Made by a program: the position numbers and the translations under genes. A stretch of DNA of 64,000 nucleotides from the human T2T-CHM13v2.0 reference genome, Homo sapiens: the NCBI RefSeq assembly GCF_009914755.1, contig NC_060943.1. The stretch is one strand, 5' to 3'. The notes beneath the pieces were generated by a model. That model was not told the DNA's origin. It was given only the letters and a program-made list of their open reading frames with translations, and did not search any database. Below, in pieces: positions 60,438 through 64,000 of this stretch; within the stretch, counting starts at the first letter, position 1; each line of letters opens with the position of its first letter.

Positions 60438-63194
60438 TAGTGCAGGACACACACGGGGAAGACAAACTTCCACAGATCAGAATTCCTTTCCTGGATCCAG
60501 ACCCTGCAGACACTCGCTGCAGAGGAAGGACAGTCTGATGGGGGGACTCAGCAGGGCGAGGTCAGTGTCAGACAAGCACCCCATGGTCTCCCCATGGACC
60601 TGACCCTGAGAAAGACCCTGGAGAACTGGATCAGGGCCTGGCCTGAGGGGTCCCCCTAGGGACCCCTCAGAGAGAAGCTCAACTCTTCCCTGAACTGAGC
60701 CCCTGTACAAAGCCCTGTCCCTGGTTCCTGATTCCAGGTGATCCTGGGGAGTCTGTGCCAGGGCTGTGTGGTGGCCTCTTGGGCAGGGCTGGCTGGGAGC
60801 AAGGATGTGAGCTATCCAAGGGCCATGACTCCTGGAGTTGGTCACCAGCCAGGTCCGAGCACCCAGAGCCTCATCTAGCTGAGGATAGGGCCTCCTCCTT
60901 CACTTGAGGCTCAGCATGGAAAGGACAGATGGAAAAAATTACTAGTGCATGAGCCCACTGCCCTGGGGGACACAGGTTACTCCCTGGGAAGTTCAGAGTC
61001 CCCAAGGGGAGGAACAGAGAAGAGAGGATGCTCCTGGCAGCTCCATGTCCACCAGGGATCAGGCCCAGGGCCCTCTGTCTTGGAAGCAAATAATCATAGA
61101 TAACTGTTCACTTGGGCAGCTCCTCTGTGCAGAGCTGAGATCAAGTAATTGTAAATATTTTGAGATTAACTCACAAACAACCTCACAGCCAAATAGCACT
61201 TATCCTACTTATAGAAAGGAAATTGAGGGACAGGGAGACAGTCACTAACAAGGGTCACACAGGCCATAGGTGGCAGATTAGAGACATATGAGGTCTGTCT
61301 GCAGCCACAGCCCCCTCCTCTCCTCAACCGGGGGTGATGGGGCTGTTTGTTGTTAGGCATCTGCATCTGAGGCCAGTCATGGGTTCACTTCCTTTTGTCT
61401 TGTGCATCCGCAGCTCAGAAGTGGAGATTCTGGTCTGGAAAGTAAGAAGCAAACAGAGAATTAATCAGTTTTACTCTAGAACTAAATCACCTGCCTCAAA
61501 TAACAGAGTCAGTGCTGGGATTGTCCAGGCCTCTCCCTTCGATCCACAGTCCCCTCACTGCACCTGAAATCCTGTTTCCCGATGTGTGGGTGTCACTCCC
61601 ATGGGAGGATAAAGGAGAGGACTTTGCTTTCTCTCCCCACTCACACCCTGCACCAGCACAGGCCCAAAGTGAGACACACGCTCGCTCAGGAGTTCTCTCA
61701 TGAAAAAGGGAAGAAAGGAAGAAGGAATGAAAAAAGGATCCATAACCTCTTTAGAGACCGGCTCCTGGATGCAGAATCCTATGAGGTTCTGGCCACACCT
61801 GTTTCTTGTCCCTCAGGGGCTGACACCCATGTTCCATCCCTCTGAACCCCTGTCCCTAAACCTACCCCATCTCATGTGACTCTGGGGTTCCTTGGTCATT
61901 AGAGGGTTTTCAGGTCTCCCTGGTCCTGGTCTGGGGCAGCCAAGAGGCTCCTGGTCCCTGGGGTCTCTGAGGTCACTGTATCCCCCACTGCTCACTGCCA
62001 TGGGTATCTCTGGCTCTTTCTGCTCCTCTCTGTCCCTCATTTTCTTCCCCTTTCATTCTAGCTGGGATGCCCTGCCCTGCACAGCTTCCTCCACCCTTAG
62101 GCCTTCCCCAGAAAACCCCTCTAACAAGGCTGGCTGTCCTGTTCCCTTCCTGCTCACACTGTGTCCTGGCCCACATCCCAGGCAACAGAGAAGGCACAGA
62201 AATCAGCCGGAGCAGCCGCCCCTGCCGGGCTCCATCACGAGCCAATGTCCCCAAGTCAACAGGAGAATGAGCTTCCACTGTGTCCCCATCCAGGGCTCTT
62301 TCCCCCAGTGAGGCCGACATGTGGAACAGGCCACGTGACAGGGACAAGCGACTCCTCCATACAGTCTCTACTGACTCACCAGGCAGTCAGAGGCAGGATG
62401 ACAGGTCTGCTTTCCCCAAGGCCCAGAGGCTAATTTCATCCATTGACTTCCGTCCTCATCTTGGTGTGAGGCTCACATCCTCCAGTCATTCCCCAGGACC
62501 TTCCCCAGGTGGAGCCGGCCAGGCAGGTGCTGTCTGATGGGTTTGCTGCCCATTCCACATACACTACTGTGTCCTCATGATGATGCCGTTGTCATAAGGT
62601 GGGGTCCCTTGGACTGAGAAGTGCACCAGCCACTGGAGTCTCACATAGACTCTGCCCAGTTTAGATGAACTTAAACTCTCATTGTGTTTTCTCAGGTTAA
62701 CAGGAGAGGAAGAAAGCATTTCACATGACTGTTTGGGGCTCCTTCCCTATTTGCCTAACTGCACAGGAATTAGGGGCAGGGAGCTCTTTCTAAATTTACT
62801 AACATAACACACGTTGCTTCTAATTTGGCATCGTTCCTTCCTTTATGTAACTGACACACACCTAAGACTTCCTCTCCTACTGGTTCTATCCTCCTAAGAG
62901 GACTCATATGCCTCTCTCTACTCAAGGAGTTGCTAATTTCAAACCAACTTCAGCATCTTCATTTGACGACAATATGATCCTGCTGGAATTCACAACACAC
63001 CTAAACCTTAGTATGTTATCAAGAAAAATACTACTTCCAGCCCTTGATCTTTGATCTTTAGGACATTAGTAACGATCTCCACTTATGGAAAAAATTAAAT
63101 GTTTCCCCCAAAGTTCTTTTATTTTTTACTATATTCAGAACATAACATGAGGTCTAAACTCCTGACAAACTTTTCAAAGCAAATTACAACACTA

Positions 63195-63431
63195 CAGGTC
63201 AAGCATCCCACATCCAATAATCCAAAATCTGAAATGCTCCCAAATCTAACACTTTTTGACCACTAAAGTGATGCTGAAAAGAAATGCTCACTGGAGCATT
63301 TTAGATTCTGGGTTTTCAAAATTAGGGTGCTAAACGGGTAAGTCTACTGCAAATATTCAAAAATCCAGAAACAGTCAGAAATCCAAAACACTTTTGGTCC
63401 TAAGCCTTATGCGTAAGTGATACTCAATCCG
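63195..63431. mobile_element. MER46/Tigger4-like MITE, CEACAM6 intron 2 (no Alu)
   Basis: TA-flanked; aligns with 16272-16836 minus the Alu. Confidence 0.82.
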
Positions 63432-64000
63432 TATGAACTATAGGTACCAAGCTGTACAGCAAATCTCTAGAACCTCATCCTGTGTATAACTGAAAGCGCA
63501 CACCCATTGACTAACTCCCCATTCTGCCTCTCCCAATCCCTGGCAACCATGATTCTACTCTGATTCCATGAGTGTGACTACTCTAGGGACCTCATATAAG
63601 TGGAACCCTACAGTATCTGTCCTGTGAGTGACTTATTGCATTTAGCATAATGTCCAATGGGAGAAAATATTTGCAAAACTTCTCCTCAAATTTCTGTCTC
63701 ATATCTGTCAAACACACATGGTCCTTGAGAGTCAGATTTGCAGCATTTCATGCTCCCCCTTTCCACCACTCAGCTGTGCATTTGCAAACATCCACATGTG
63801 TTTATGGAGAGAGCCACAGGGTCCTCACCTGCCCTCCGCAGAGGGAGAAGAAACATTAAAGGCCAAAGAAAAGGAACACGGTTCTGCTGGGAAATTCAGG
63901 CAGCTCCTGCCTGTCCCCCTCACTGTCTTCTAGATCATTCTCTGAATTCTGCTCTATCTGTAGGTGTCACAGGCTCAAGTCAGTCATTATTAAACACCTG

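Overview
Human (primate) genomic DNA from the CEA gene cluster (19q13.2 by established knowledge). It holds about 12 kb of CEACAM5 upstream sequence, the complete + strand CEACAM5 gene, about 25 kb of repeat-rich intergenic DNA, and the promoter, leader and N exons plus part of intron 2 of CEACAM6. CEACAM5 runs leader, N, A1-B1-A2-B2-A3-B3, a GPI-signal exon and a non-coding last exon; its nine coding exons add up to 2109 nt = 702 aa + stop. Most ORF-track entries are Alu, L1, simple-repeat or chance ORFs. I cannot confirm a new biological system. The most notable observations are: (1) a disabled copy of CXCL17 exon 1 between CEACAM5 and CEACAM6; (2) an oppositely oriented chain of candidate exons starting in that copy, the first three of which splice into a stop-free 151-codon frame; (3) the CEACAM5 3' end lies in an ERV1 relic that still shows env ISD/CX6CC/TM remnants and carries a second, CEACAM6-like terminal exon; (4) a readable breakpoint for the A-B domain triplication; (5) convergent CTCF motifs bracketing CEACAM5. 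Repeat family names and paralog comparisons outside the window are from memory and need database checks.
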